Shown in pieces: positions 1-8,859 of a DNA stretch of 64,000 nucleotides. The notes under the pieces were generated by a model, which was given only the letters and a program-made list of their open reading frames with translations, did not search any database and was not told where the DNA came from. Positions within the stretch are counted from its first letter, which is position 1; every line of letters starts with the position of its first letter. The DNA lies in assembly GCA_045649565.1 (NCBI GenBank), contig JAZRQC010000037.1, forward strand, positions 248-64,247, in the 5' to 3' direction. Position numbers and translations under genes: made by a program. The DNA comes from Ructibacterium sp. GTDB taxonomy: Bacteria > Bacillota > Clostridia > Monoglobales > Monoglobaceae.

Positions 1-653
1 TCACCATTAATGATAATATGATTGTTCCTCCCGTGGCAGAAAGCGAAATGGACAGCGTTGAGGTTCTCCGTGGCCCCAACATTAAACCTTTCCCGGTATC
101 CGAGCCCATGGCAGAGGAAATTACTGCAAAGTGTAGCCTGAAGGTAGGAGACAATATCACCACCGACCATATTATGCCGGCAGGTGCCAAGATCCTCCCC
201 CTCCGTTCCAATATTCCCAAGATTTCCGAATATTGTTTTGCAGTTTGTGACGAACAGTTCCACGACAGAGCATTGGAACTGAAAAAGAGCATCATCGTGG
301 GCGGTTCCAACTACGGTCAGGGTTCTTCCAGAGAGCATGCTGCACTGGCTCCTCTCTACCTAGGAGTAAAAGCAGTTATCGTGAAATCCTTTGCACGTAT
401 CCACATGGCAAATCTGATTAATGCAGGTATTATCCCCATGACATTTGCAGATGAAGCAGATTACGACCGGATTGACCAGATGGACGAGCTTTCCATGACC
501 GATGTGATTGCTCAGATTCAAAAGGGTGATACCGTTACTGTTACCAATGTAACCAAGGGATTTGATTTTACTGTCAAGGTAGATCTCTCCGATCGGCAGA
601 AGGATATGCTGATTGCCGGCGGACTTCTCAACTATACCAAGAATAATGCATAA
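1..653 (+). CDS. aconitate hydratase, C-terminal swivel domain (5-prime end lies outside the window)
   Basis: Frame is open from nt 3 to the TAA at 651-653 with no upstream stop, so the gene continues to the left. Translation contains the aconitase/IPM-isomerase small-domain block GGSNYGQGSSREHAALAPLYLGVKAVIVKSFARIH. The next gene is an isocitrate-dehydrogenase-family enzyme. Confidence 0.8.
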   Translation, partial: TINDNMIVPPVAESEMDSVEVLRGPNIKPFPVSEPMAEEITAKCSLKVGDNITTDHIMPAGAKILPLRSNIPKISEYCFAVCDEQFHDRALELKKSIIVGGSNYGQGSSREHAALAPLYLGVKAVIVKSFARIHMANLINAGIIPMTFADEADYDRIDQMDELSMTDVIAQIQKGDTVTVTNVTKGFDFTVKVDLSDRQKDMLIAGGLLNYTKNNA

Positions 654-668
654 GAAAGGGTGTTTTTT

Positions 669-1835
669 ATGAGTCATACAGAAGAAATCAAAGTAGCACA
701 GGAAAAATTTGCGAAGCTCTTGACCGAGCAGTTTGATCGCATCGACAAAATGAAGGCTGACAAGGACTTCATCGACTACGAAAAGTTAGACCAGATTGTC
801 ATCGGCGTCGTAGGCGGTGACGGCATCGGCCCCTTTATTACCGCTCACGCCCAGAGAATTCTGGAATTCCTTTTGAAGGATGAAGTGGAAAAGGGCAAGG
901 TTGCTTTCAACGTGATTGATGGTTGCACCATCGAACATCGTGCCGAGGTTGGCAAGGCGCTTCCCGATGATGTGGTAGAAGAACTGAAAAAGTGCCACGT
1001 TATTCTGAAGGGCCCCACCACCACTCCTCGTGCCGGCGATCCTTGGCCCAACATCGAATCTGCTAACGTTGCAATGCGGAAAGAACTGGATCTCTTTGCT
1101 AACGTTCGTCCCGTTAAAGTTCCCGAAGAAGGTATTGACTGGACCTTCTATCGTGAAAACACCGAGGGTGCCTATGCAGTAGGCTCCAAGGGTGTTCACG
1201 TGAACGATGACCTGGCTATCGACTTTACCGTTACTACTCAGGAGGGTAGTGAACGTATTGCCCGCGCAGCATTTGAATATGCCAAGAAAGCAGGCAAGAC
1301 CAAGGTTACCGCTGTTACCAAGGCAAACGTTGTTAAGACCACCGATGGTAAGTTCCTGAGCATCTGTCAGGAAGTTGCAAAAGATTATCCCGACATTGAA
1401 CTGGATGACTGGTACATTGATATTATGACCGCAAAACTGGTTGATCCCAAGCGGAGAACCCAGTTCCAGGTTCTGGTACTTCCCAACCTCTATGGTGATA
1501 TTCTCACCGACGAGGCGGCAGAATTCCAGGGCGGTGTTGGTACTGCAGGAAGTGCTAACATTGGTAAGCGTTATGCCATGTTCGAGGCAATCCACGGTAG
1601 TGCGCCCAGAATGGTTGCTGAGGGAAGAGCACAGTATGCAGACCCCTGTAGCATCATCCGCGCAGACGTTATGCTTTTGGAACACATCGGCTATGCTGAC
1701 CGTGCTAAGAAGCTGGAGCGTGCATTAGACATCTGTATGTATGAAGAAAAGAAACTGGAAATCACCGGTCGTGACACCGGATGTACCGGCGCAGAATTCG
1801 CTGAGTACATTATGGAGACCATCCAGAAACTGTAA
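669..1835 (+). CDS. isocitrate/isopropylmalate dehydrogenase family enzyme, most likely isocitrate dehydrogenase
   Basis: The track ORF 660-1835 begins at a GTG. The ATG at 669 lies about 8 nt after GAAAGGG. Motifs LVLPNLYGDILTDEAAEFQGGVGTAGSANIG and FEAIHGSAP are typical of beta-decarboxylating dehydrogenases. It directly follows aconitase. Confidence 0.8.
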   Translation: MSHTEEIKVAQEKFAKLLTEQFDRIDKMKADKDFIDYEKLDQIVIGVVGGDGIGPFITAHAQRILEFLLKDEVEKGKVAFNVIDGCTIEHRAEVGKALPDDVVEELKKCHVILKGPTTTPRAGDPWPNIESANVAMRKELDLFANVRPVKVPEEGIDWTFYRENTEGAYAVGSKGVHVNDDLAIDFTVTTQEGSERIARAAFEYAKKAGKTKVTAVTKANVVKTTDGKFLSICQEVAKDYPDIELDDWYIDIMTAKLVDPKRRTQFQVLVLPNLYGDILTDEAAEFQGGVGTAGSANIGKRYAMFEAIHGSAPRMVAEGRAQYADPCSIIRADVMLLEHIGYADRAKKLERALDICMYEEKKLEITGRDTGCTGAEFAEYIMETIQKL

Positions 1836-1850
1836 AACAAGCTCACAAAA

Positions 1851-1886
1851 AAAGGACTTGAACATTCGTTCAAGTCCTTTTTCTTG
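1851..1886. terminator. bidirectional intrinsic terminator
   Basis: 13-bp stem aaaggacttgaac / gttcaagtccttt flanked by an A-run and a T-run, between two convergent genes. Confidence 0.8.
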
Positions 1887-1906
1887 TTACAAGGTCGATT
1901 CTTTTA

Positions 1907-3532
1907 TCAAGTACCAAGATAGGAAAAATGCATATAATCTCTGGGATTAGACCAAGAATCTCCACCCCATGTGAAACCGTACTTTTCAAAAGCATTGGTT
2001 ACATCACCATAGGGCTTTATGGAATATTGATCCGTATCCGGCCTCCAGTAGGAACCGATGGTGGTTCCGTTATTGTAGATACAGTAGTTTTCGTTGGGGT
2101 TGATATCAATCGCCGTTCCCCCATTGTGTTCCGATCTTCCGCCACGCCATGCATAACCACCAATGTCCTTAATGGGGAACTTCTCAGGTCCGTTAAAGAT
2201 TTCTTCAAAGACCAGTTTTACCTTATCCGCAATCTGGTAATGTACCTTAATGGTTGCGGTGGATTCGTACTTCTCACCATTCTTATCAACCTTCCAAACA
2301 GGGAAGGTTACCGACACCTGCAACGCCTCTGCCGCAGATTTTGATGTGGGATAACTGCTCTTGATACCATCTGCATCACTAGGCCAGATTTTCGGCATTT
2401 TGAAGCTGTGGGTATCACTGATGGTTCCCGCTTTCACTTCGATGTCATAGGAGCGTTTCTGGATGGCAGGAATGGTTAAACTATCCTCATCCACCACTTC
2501 ATAAACCACTGTCCGAGGAGCAATATCACCTTTGTGACGACAATCTCTTGCCTCTTTCACGGTGATAACATACTTCTCTATGCCGGGAATTCTGTCCCAA
2601 GTGATTTTACATGCACCCTGAATACTGGTCAAATCATAATTCACATGCAAATCGTAGGTATCTGTAAATACCCTGATCGGATCGGAGAATACACCATTAC
2701 ATTCTGCATACAGATAGTAAACCGAATTGGGTTGGAAATAACCAACTTGAATCAGGACATTCCCTGCATCTGTACAACTGCCGAGATACTTCATTTGGTT
2801 CTCTTCTCCGGACTTCACGCCATACAATTTAACCTCACCGGAGCCGGCAAGTTGAACATTGAGAGTCTCCGCTGAGAGAACGATATCGTCCTGAGAAGGA
2901 GACGTAATTTGAGGAGCCTGTTTCTGATCAAATCTGACACTACGCATAATCAGCGTAATTGCCATTTCCCAAGTCACCAACTCCTTACCGCCAAATCTTC
3001 CGTCCACATGTCCGTTAATCAAACCTTCTTCATAGGCGGCCGCAACATAAGGCTTTGCCCAATCACTTACCTGATCAAAATCATTAAACGGTGCTTCCGG
3101 CTTGCTGGATAAAAAAGTATCCTTTCCCAAAGCAACCCCTCTGAATGTCAAAAGAATTTTTGCCATTTGTTCCCGTGTTACATATTCGTCAAAACCAAAG
3201 AAGTCTTCTCCCATACCGTTCATGATACCAAGTTCATAAACCCCGGCAACTGCAGAGGTAATTCCATCCGTAAAAGGATTTTTGCCCTCTTGACGGTGCT
3301 CACTACCGGTATAAACCTTCAGAGCGTTCATCAAAAGTTCTGCCACATGACCTCTGGCAATGGATTCGGTATAATCACCCATATATTGATATCCCGGAAT
3401 GATACCGGCCTTGTTGGCATCTGCCACGCTATCAACTGCCCAATCATTTACCTTTCCCGGTGATGCCTGAACCACGGTAACACTCATCATTACCACTAAA
3501 AATATTGAAATAATGGATAGTATTTTTCTCAT
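1907..3532 (-). CDS. secreted SLH-domain protein with C-terminal VanY/M15-type (LAS metallopeptidase) domain
   Basis: Start moved to the ATG at 3532 (GAGGTG RBS; signal peptide MRKILSIISIFLVVMMSVTVVQA). Three SLH repeats are present (e.g. FNDFDQVSDWAKPYVAAAYEEGLINGHVDGRFGG). The C-terminus carries SEHNGGTAIDIN and DYMHFSY, fitting the SxHxxGxAxD ... H zinc-ligand pattern of D-Ala-D-Ala carboxypeptidase-like enzymes. Confidence 0.75.
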   Translation of the reverse strand: MRKILSIISIFLVVMMSVTVVQASPGKVNDWAVDSVADANKAGIIPGYQYMGDYTESIARGHVAELLMNALKVYTGSEHRQEGKNPFTDGITSAVAGVYELGIMNGMGEDFFGFDEYVTREQMAKILLTFRGVALGKDTFLSSKPEAPFNDFDQVSDWAKPYVAAAYEEGLINGHVDGRFGGKELVTWEMAITLIMRSVRFDQKQAPQITSPSQDDIVLSAETLNVQLAGSGEVKLYGVKSGEENQMKYLGSCTDAGNVLIQVGYFQPNSVYYLYAECNGVFSDPIRVFTDTYDLHVNYDLTSIQGACKITWDRIPGIEKYVITVKEARDCRHKGDIAPRTVVYEVVDEDSLTIPAIQKRSYDIEVKAGTISDTHSFKMPKIWPSDADGIKSSYPTSKSAAEALQVSVTFPVWKVDKNGEKYESTATIKVHYQIADKVKLVFEEIFNGPEKFPIKDIGGYAWRGGRSEHNGGTAIDINPNENYCIYNNGTTIGSYWRPDTDQYSIKPYGDVTNAFEKYGFTWGGDSWSNPRDYMHFSYLGT

Positions 3533-3646
3533 CTTATTTTTCACCTCATCTGCCTTTCTTACTGATATGACTAACCGGCTCCATTTCATTATACCACAAA
3601 AAACCAAAAAATACAAGAGCATTCCTTTTTTTCACATATCAGGCAA

Positions 3647-3676
3647 CAAAAAATCCCCCAAACGGGGGATTTTTTA
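3647..3676 (-). terminator. intrinsic terminator after the aldolase gene
   Basis: Stem atccccc / gggggat, loop aaac, flanked by A- and T-runs, immediately 3-prime of the stop at 3677. Confidence 0.75.
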
Positions 3677-4444
3677 TTAACCTCTGATTTGCTTTACGAT
3701 ATCATCCCAGTACATTCCAAGAGCCAGAACGTCTGCACCGGCGTTGATGAAGTTGAAGCCTTCTGCTTCCAGATCCTTGAAGTTTGCGGCACTACCTACG
3801 GTACCTGCAATCTTGCCGTACTTTCTTGCAGTTTCTGCAACCTTACGACGAGCCTTCAAAGTTTCCTCATTGAACACCTCAGTGGGGTTACCAATACCCT
3901 GACTGAAGTCAGCGGGACCGAAGAAAATCATATCAAGTCCGGGGAGCTGACAAATCTCTTCCAGTTCTGCCATAGGCTCCGGATCTTCAATCTGTACTAC
4001 CACGAAACGCTCCTCGTTAGCTTCCTTGATGTAGTCAGCAACGCCAACCTTACAATAGGAACCATCAATGTTACCGCCATCAATGGGACGACGACCAATG
4101 GGATGGAACTTGGTGTAGTAAACAATCTGCTTTGCCTCTTCGTAGTTCATCAGGTGAGGTACCATAATACCGGTACTGTCTGCCTCGAAGGGACGGATGA
4201 AGTCGTTGTAGCTACCCTTTGCAACACGGGTCATTACGTCAACATCATAAATCTTTGCAGCACGAATGATGTTCTCAACTGCCAGATAGTCAATGGGGCC
4301 GTGCTCCATATCAATCCAGATACAATCCACGCCGCTCATTGCAGCAAGTTCTGCAACCTTTGCTTCGCTCAGGTTCATTTTGGTACAGAGCGCGGTTTTA
4401 CCCTCTCTGATGGTCTTCATGACCTTACTTTTTCTCATATGCAT
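3677..4444 (-). CDS. HpcH/HpaI family aldolase (2-keto-3-deoxy-acid aldolase type)
   Basis: 255-aa ORF with AAGGAGAG upstream. It carries the block GVDCIWIDMEHGPIDY and has a length typical of the HpcH/HpaI family. Confidence 0.8.
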   Translation of the reverse strand: MHMRKSKVMKTIREGKTALCTKMNLSEAKVAELAAMSGVDCIWIDMEHGPIDYLAVENIIRAAKIYDVDVMTRVAKGSYNDFIRPFEADSTGIMVPHLMNYEEAKQIVYYTKFHPIGRRPIDGGNIDGSYCKVGVADYIKEANEERFVVVQIEDPEPMAELEEICQLPGLDMIFFGPADFSQGIGNPTEVFNEETLKARRKVAETARKYGKIAGTVGSAANFKDLEAEGFNFINAGADVLALGMYWDDIVKQIRG

Positions 4445-4479
4445 AGCGAATATCTCTCCTTTATATTAAAATAATCATT

Positions 4480-5403
4480 TTACTTTTTGGGCCAGTCCCA
4501 GGGACTGATAACAATGGGTTCAATCTCTTCGGAAATGGCAAGAATCTCCTGACGAACTGCGTCGGACATAGGTGCGGTGTCAAACTTGGAAACACTATCC
4601 AAAAGCTGTTCGGGAGTTTCGCAACCCAGAACCAGGGAAGTAATACCATCCGCATCCTTTAAGAAGGAAAGTGCCAACTGTGCCATGGACATATTCTCCC
4701 GTGCCGCAATGGCGTTGAGTTTGTCGATGGGTGCTTTTGCACAGGCAAGCTCAGCGGGGAGGGTGTTGGTATCCCGGAAGAACAGACCCTGCAGGTAGAC
4801 GCTTCTGATGAAGACAGAGATACCCATATCGCCAATCTTCTTAATAAGACCCGACTTCAGTTCGGGACAGTCAAACATATTTTGGGGAATCTGGATATGG
4901 TCAAAGATACCGCAGTCCAAAACTTCTTCCATCTTACTTCTGTCCGAGAAGGAGATACCGATGTTATCCACCAATCCCTCTTTCTTCAGTTCTACCAAAG
5001 AATCTAAGATAGTCTTTCCGTAGATTTCAACCATCTCTTCATTGTGAAGCATCAGGAAAGGAAGTTTTTCAAGACCCATCTTCTCCATAGAATCCTTTGC
5101 GTGTTCTACCAAAAGCTTGGGAATCTCGCTGATCGGCTCAGTCTGATATCTGATTTTGGTAATCAAGGTCTTCTCTGCAGGACTTGCCTTAAAGAACCGA
5201 CCCAAAACAGCCTCACTCTCGCCATAGCCTTTGGCGGTATCAAATGAGGTAATTCCTGCATCCAGAGCGGTCTGCAAAATGTTAGAAGACTCCTCAAAGG
5301 TGGGCATACCCTTATCGTTGTTGATACCATAGGGTAACCCTAACTGAACGGTTCCCAAGGTAAACTCGGAAATTTTATAACCGTTTTTCTCGATGATTTT
5401 CAT
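4480..5403 (-). CDS. aldo/keto reductase
   Basis: The ATG at 5403 lies 6 nt after AGGAGG; the track start at 5409 abuts the RBS. The N-terminal block LGTVQLGLPYG...ALDAGITSFDTAKGYGESE is typical of the AKR family. Confidence 0.85.
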   Translation of the reverse strand: MKIIEKNGYKISEFTLGTVQLGLPYGINNDKGMPTFEESSNILQTALDAGITSFDTAKGYGESEAVLGRFFKASPAEKTLITKIRYQTEPISEIPKLLVEHAKDSMEKMGLEKLPFLMLHNEEMVEIYGKTILDSLVELKKEGLVDNIGISFSDRSKMEEVLDCGIFDHIQIPQNMFDCPELKSGLIKKIGDMGISVFIRSVYLQGLFFRDTNTLPAELACAKAPIDKLNAIAARENMSMAQLALSFLKDADGITSLVLGCETPEQLLDSVSKFDTAPMSDAVRQEILAISEEIEPIVISPWDWPKK

Positions 5404-5415
5404 ATCCATCCTCCT

Positions 5416-5451
5416 AAAAAAACAATGCGTTTGTCATACAACAAACGCATT
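5416..5451 (-). terminator. terminator-like hairpin between the amidohydrolase and reductase genes
   Basis: 11-bp stem aatgcgtttgt / acaaacgcatt followed by a T-run on the minus strand. The T-run abuts the next RBS, so it may be an intercistronic attenuator rather than a full stop. Confidence 0.5.
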
Positions 5452-5493
5452 ATAGCACAGATTTTTCTATTTTGCAACCGTTATTACCAATTT

Positions 5494-6501
5494 TTAACGA
5501 TAAAACAACCCCATTGCATTATTGTAGAAATAGTCCTCCACATCACCGGGAGTCAAATCGGCAAGGGTGGCAAGTTGCTGTGCCGCCGCTAAGCCCTCAA
5601 TGCCGATGAACCAGTTTCGAACCGGAGTCTTGGACTTAAAGTTCTCTAAATCGTTCTCGTAAATCCAGTAGAAAGAGTCCGCAATTGCAATACACTTTCC
5701 TCTACCGCGACAAACGGGGTAGTCACTTCCCCACATACAACGCTTGATACCGACTTTCTTGATAATCTGGAACATGGCAGGGGTCTCACAAATTGCGGAG
5801 AAGTCAAACCAGACATTTTCCAGATGTGCAACCTTATCCACATTCTCAATGCCTGTCCAAGCCGCAAAGGAACGACCTGCATGAGCCAGAATCAACACCG
5901 CATCCGGATACTTCTTTGCCATTTCACAGATATACTTTTGATTCTCCTCGTTGGCAAGTGCTTCCTGTTTTACCATATGCAACGTAATTACCATCTTATG
6001 CTTGTTGGCAACTTCCCACGCACTTTCAGGAAGGTATTCCCCTATGTTGCAGTCAAAGGTGTACTCCTTATCAGCCAAAAGGTGATAACATTTAAGACCT
6101 TTGATGTTTGGATGAATCAAGCGCTTTTCGATATCTTCTGCGGTTTCCTTGGGATGCACTACGATTTCTCCCACCCAATCAGGCTCTGCTATCAGTTGCT
6201 TTACTAAGAACTCATCGGATTGTTGAAGCAACCCGGAACTCAGGTCATCCATAGCCTTATCGGGATATACGATAGCATTGATACGGAGCTCTTTGGGGTT
6301 TCCCAGCATCACGCTCATTTCTTCACGATACTCTTTGGCTCCTAAAATCAGACGTTCTGTCAGCGCCCCTGCAGCCACAGGTGTGAATGCAGTATCTATC
6401 ACATGGGCATGAACATCAAAAATCTTATCCGGAAGAAAATCCTTCAATCTCTTGATGCCATCTAAGTCATTCTCGGTAAAAATCAATTTTTGTTTCAACA
6501 T
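5494..6501 (-). CDS. amidohydrolase-2 family metal-dependent hydrolase/decarboxylase
   Basis: Start moved to the ATG at 6501 (AAGGAG RBS). The metal-ligand pattern DVHAHV ... LILAHAG ... WGSDYP matches the amidohydrolase_2 type. Confidence 0.7.
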   Translation of the reverse strand: MLKQKLIFTENDLDGIKRLKDFLPDKIFDVHAHVIDTAFTPVAAGALTERLILGAKEYREEMSVMLGNPKELRINAIVYPDKAMDDLSSGLLQQSDEFLVKQLIAEPDWVGEIVVHPKETAEDIEKRLIHPNIKGLKCYHLLADKEYTFDCNIGEYLPESAWEVANKHKMVITLHMVKQEALANEENQKYICEMAKKYPDAVLILAHAGRSFAAWTGIENVDKVAHLENVWFDFSAICETPAMFQIIKKVGIKRCMWGSDYPVCRGRGKCIAIADSFYWIYENDLENFKSKTPVRNWFIGIEGLAAAQQLATLADLTPGDVEDYFYNNAMGLFYR

Positions 6502-6514
6502 AGTGCATTTCTCC

Positions 6515-7348
6515 TTATTTGATATTTTTCGCACTCTCCTGCCGATAGATGGCCGGAGAGGTGCCATAATGTTCTTTAAACGCCTTGAAGAAGGAGGGCT
6601 CCGATTGATACCCTATCCGTTCACATATTTGGGAAATGGACATTCCCGTGGTTCTGAGGAGCCACCCGGCATGGTCCAGTCGTGCCGCTCGCCTTTTTTC
6701 CCGAAAACCCATACCGTAGTGTTTCATCAATACCCGTTGCAATTGTCTGCGGGAAAGATTCAAAAGTCCTGCAAGGTTTTCTTCGGTACAATCCTCGGTC
6801 ATACATTCCTCGAAGAAGGTGTCAATGATACCGAATCTTGGTTCGAGGACCGACAGTTCTTCCTTGTCCCGATGACTGATATAATCGGAAATTCTTCTAA
6901 ATAGCCTGCTAAGTAACAAAAAACAGATCGAGTAAAGGCTCTTTCTCCAAAAAATCTCCCTACGTTGAATCTCTTCCAAAAAGCTAGCACAGAGCATCTG
7001 CTCGGATTCGGTCAGGGAATGAACCTGACATTCGTCGGCATAAGTACCAATCTCCCGAGCAAGTTCCCCGCCCGTGATAGAAAATGGCAGGATAAAATGC
7101 CGATGGTTTGTTTCCGCCTCTTTTTGACAATGATATTTCCCCGGGGCAACCAAAACAGCGTCACCCTCGTCTAAAGAAAATTCTGTCCCGTCAATATCCA
7201 TCACACAGTTCCCTGCTAAGGAAATGTGCAACTCAAACCAGGCATTGCAATGCCGGTTGGCATCACAGACAGTTACCCGCTCTATGGTCGGGGTATCCAT
7301 CGCCAAAACACATCGACTGTCACCGAACTTCATTTCTGTTCTGTCCAC
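6515..7348 (-). CDS. AraC family transcriptional regulator
   Basis: C-terminal double HTH (LNLSRRQLQRVLMKHYGMGF ... SISQICERIGYQSEPSFFKAFKEHYGTSPAIYR). The start is uncertain: GTG at 7348 or ATG at 7333. Confidence 0.85.
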   Translation of the reverse strand: MDRTEMKFGDSRCVLAMDTPTIERVTVCDANRHCNAWFELHISLAGNCVMDIDGTEFSLDEGDAVLVAPGKYHCQKEAETNHRHFILPFSITGGELAREIGTYADECQVHSLTESEQMLCASFLEEIQRREIFWRKSLYSICFLLLSRLFRRISDYISHRDKEELSVLEPRFGIIDTFFEECMTEDCTEENLAGLLNLSRRQLQRVLMKHYGMGFREKRRAARLDHAGWLLRTTGMSISQICERIGYQSEPSFFKAFKEHYGTSPAIYRQESAKNIK

Positions 7349-7369
7349 AAAACCACTTCCGTTTTTGTC

Positions 7370-8695
7370 TTATTTCAGTAATCTGGCAAAACCGCTCTGA
7401 CAAACGTCACCATTCAGGGCTTCCAGAACAGCTTCCTTGCCGCCCTTTTTCAGGATGTCTGCAATCTTACCGAATACAACATCCATAGCATTCTTATACT
7501 TATCACAAATATCATCGTTGTGTGCCAGGGTAGGATAGAGTGCGGTGTTACCCAGGAATCCCTCTTCCAACATCAGGACAGTATAGAGGGTCTTGAGTTC
7601 CAGCTTGTGTTCCGCAAAATCAAAGTGTGCAAGACAGTTCTCGCCACTGCAATGAATGTCAACACCGTTCTTTGCAGCCATTTCTGCCCAATCTTCCTTT
7701 ACTCTTGCACCAATCTTGTCAACGTGTTCCCAAACACGGGTCTTTTCCATCTTGTCAATGGTAGCAAGCGCCGCAACTGGACCAACTGCCTCGGTCCAGT
7801 AGGTACTACTGATAAAGGACTCCTGCGCCATATCCATAGCTTCCAGAGTACCGATTACCGCACCAATGGGGTGACCGTTACCCAACGCCTTAGCAAATAC
7901 TGCAATATCAGGATTGATTCCCAATTTCAAGTGACTACCACCGAAGCAATATCTCCAACCAATGGTGATTTCATCGAAAATCAAAAGAGCGCCATGCTTG
8001 TGGAGGGTTTCCTTGACATAGGGCAGGAAATCTCCGTCAGGACTTTCCCCACGGAGAGGCTCCATGATGACACAGGCAAGTTCGTCACCGTGCTCTGCAA
8101 TCAGCTTGTCAAAAGATTCTCTGTCATTACCAAAGAAAGTATGGGTGGTGCCGGTAAGTTGCTGAGGAACACCGGTAGATTTCAGTCCGGGGAGCAGGTT
8201 TCCGTCCAGAGTATGGTCATCAGCAAGGTTTGCCGCCAAATACCAGTCACTCCAACCGTGGTAGCCACAGATCGCAACTAAGTTTCTGCCGGTGGTTGCT
8301 CTTGCAATACGAACCGCAACCGCACAGGTTTCACCGCCGGTTCTTGCAAAACGCGCCTGACTTGCCCAAGGATGGATTTCAAAGAGCTTATCTGCAAGGT
8401 AAACTTCCTCGGGAGCGTTCAGAGTGGACATAGAACCATCCTCGATTCTCTTGATAACCGCCGCAGAAACATCGGGGTCTGCAAAACCCAGCAGACATGC
8501 ACCGATACCATTGGAAGTCATATCCGTATAGGTATTTCCGTCCAAATCGGTAATCTGACAACCCTTTGCTGATGCAGCATAAGCCGGCCATACATTGGGA
8601 GCAAACTGCTCCGGTCTTTTAGACAGCAGCTGAACGCCGCCGGGAATGTGCTTCTTTGCGTGTCTGTATAAAGCTTGTGTTTTTTCTGTGTTCAT
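7370..8695 (-). CDS. class-III PLP-dependent aminotransferase (glutamate-1-semialdehyde aminomutase-like)
   Basis: The ATG at 8695 lies 8 nt after AAGGAG. The N-terminal IPGGVQLLSKRP and the internal FDEITIGWR and AVFAKALGNGHPIG (candidate PLP lysine) fit the class-III fold. Confidence 0.8.
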   Translation of the reverse strand: MNTEKTQALYRHAKKHIPGGVQLLSKRPEQFAPNVWPAYAASAKGCQITDLDGNTYTDMTSNGIGACLLGFADPDVSAAVIKRIEDGSMSTLNAPEEVYLADKLFEIHPWASQARFARTGGETCAVAVRIARATTGRNLVAICGYHGWSDWYLAANLADDHTLDGNLLPGLKSTGVPQQLTGTTHTFFGNDRESFDKLIAEHGDELACVIMEPLRGESPDGDFLPYVKETLHKHGALLIFDEITIGWRYCFGGSHLKLGINPDIAVFAKALGNGHPIGAVIGTLEAMDMAQESFISSTYWTEAVGPVAALATIDKMEKTRVWEHVDKIGARVKEDWAEMAAKNGVDIHCSGENCLAHFDFAEHKLELKTLYTVLMLEEGFLGNTALYPTLAHNDDICDKYKNAMDVVFGKIADILKKGGKEAVLEALNGDVCQSGFARLLK

Positions 8696-8823
8696 TTTCA
8701 TTTCTCCTTATATTTCGATTTTTCATTCTTAAGGAAAATATAACACATTTCAACTCCCCATACCATACGGGGAAATGCCCTCTTTTTTCACAAAATGTCA
8801 CATAGAGATAGTTTTGTTATCCA

Positions 8824-8853
8824 GAAAACGGTTTTCCGAAGAAAACCGTTTTT
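8824..8853 (-). terminator. intrinsic terminator after the acyl-CoA ligase gene
   Basis: Perfect 13-bp stem gaaaacggttttc / gaaaaccgttttc with loop cgaa, just 3-prime of the stop at 8860. Confidence 0.6.
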
Positions 8854-8859
8854 CTTATC

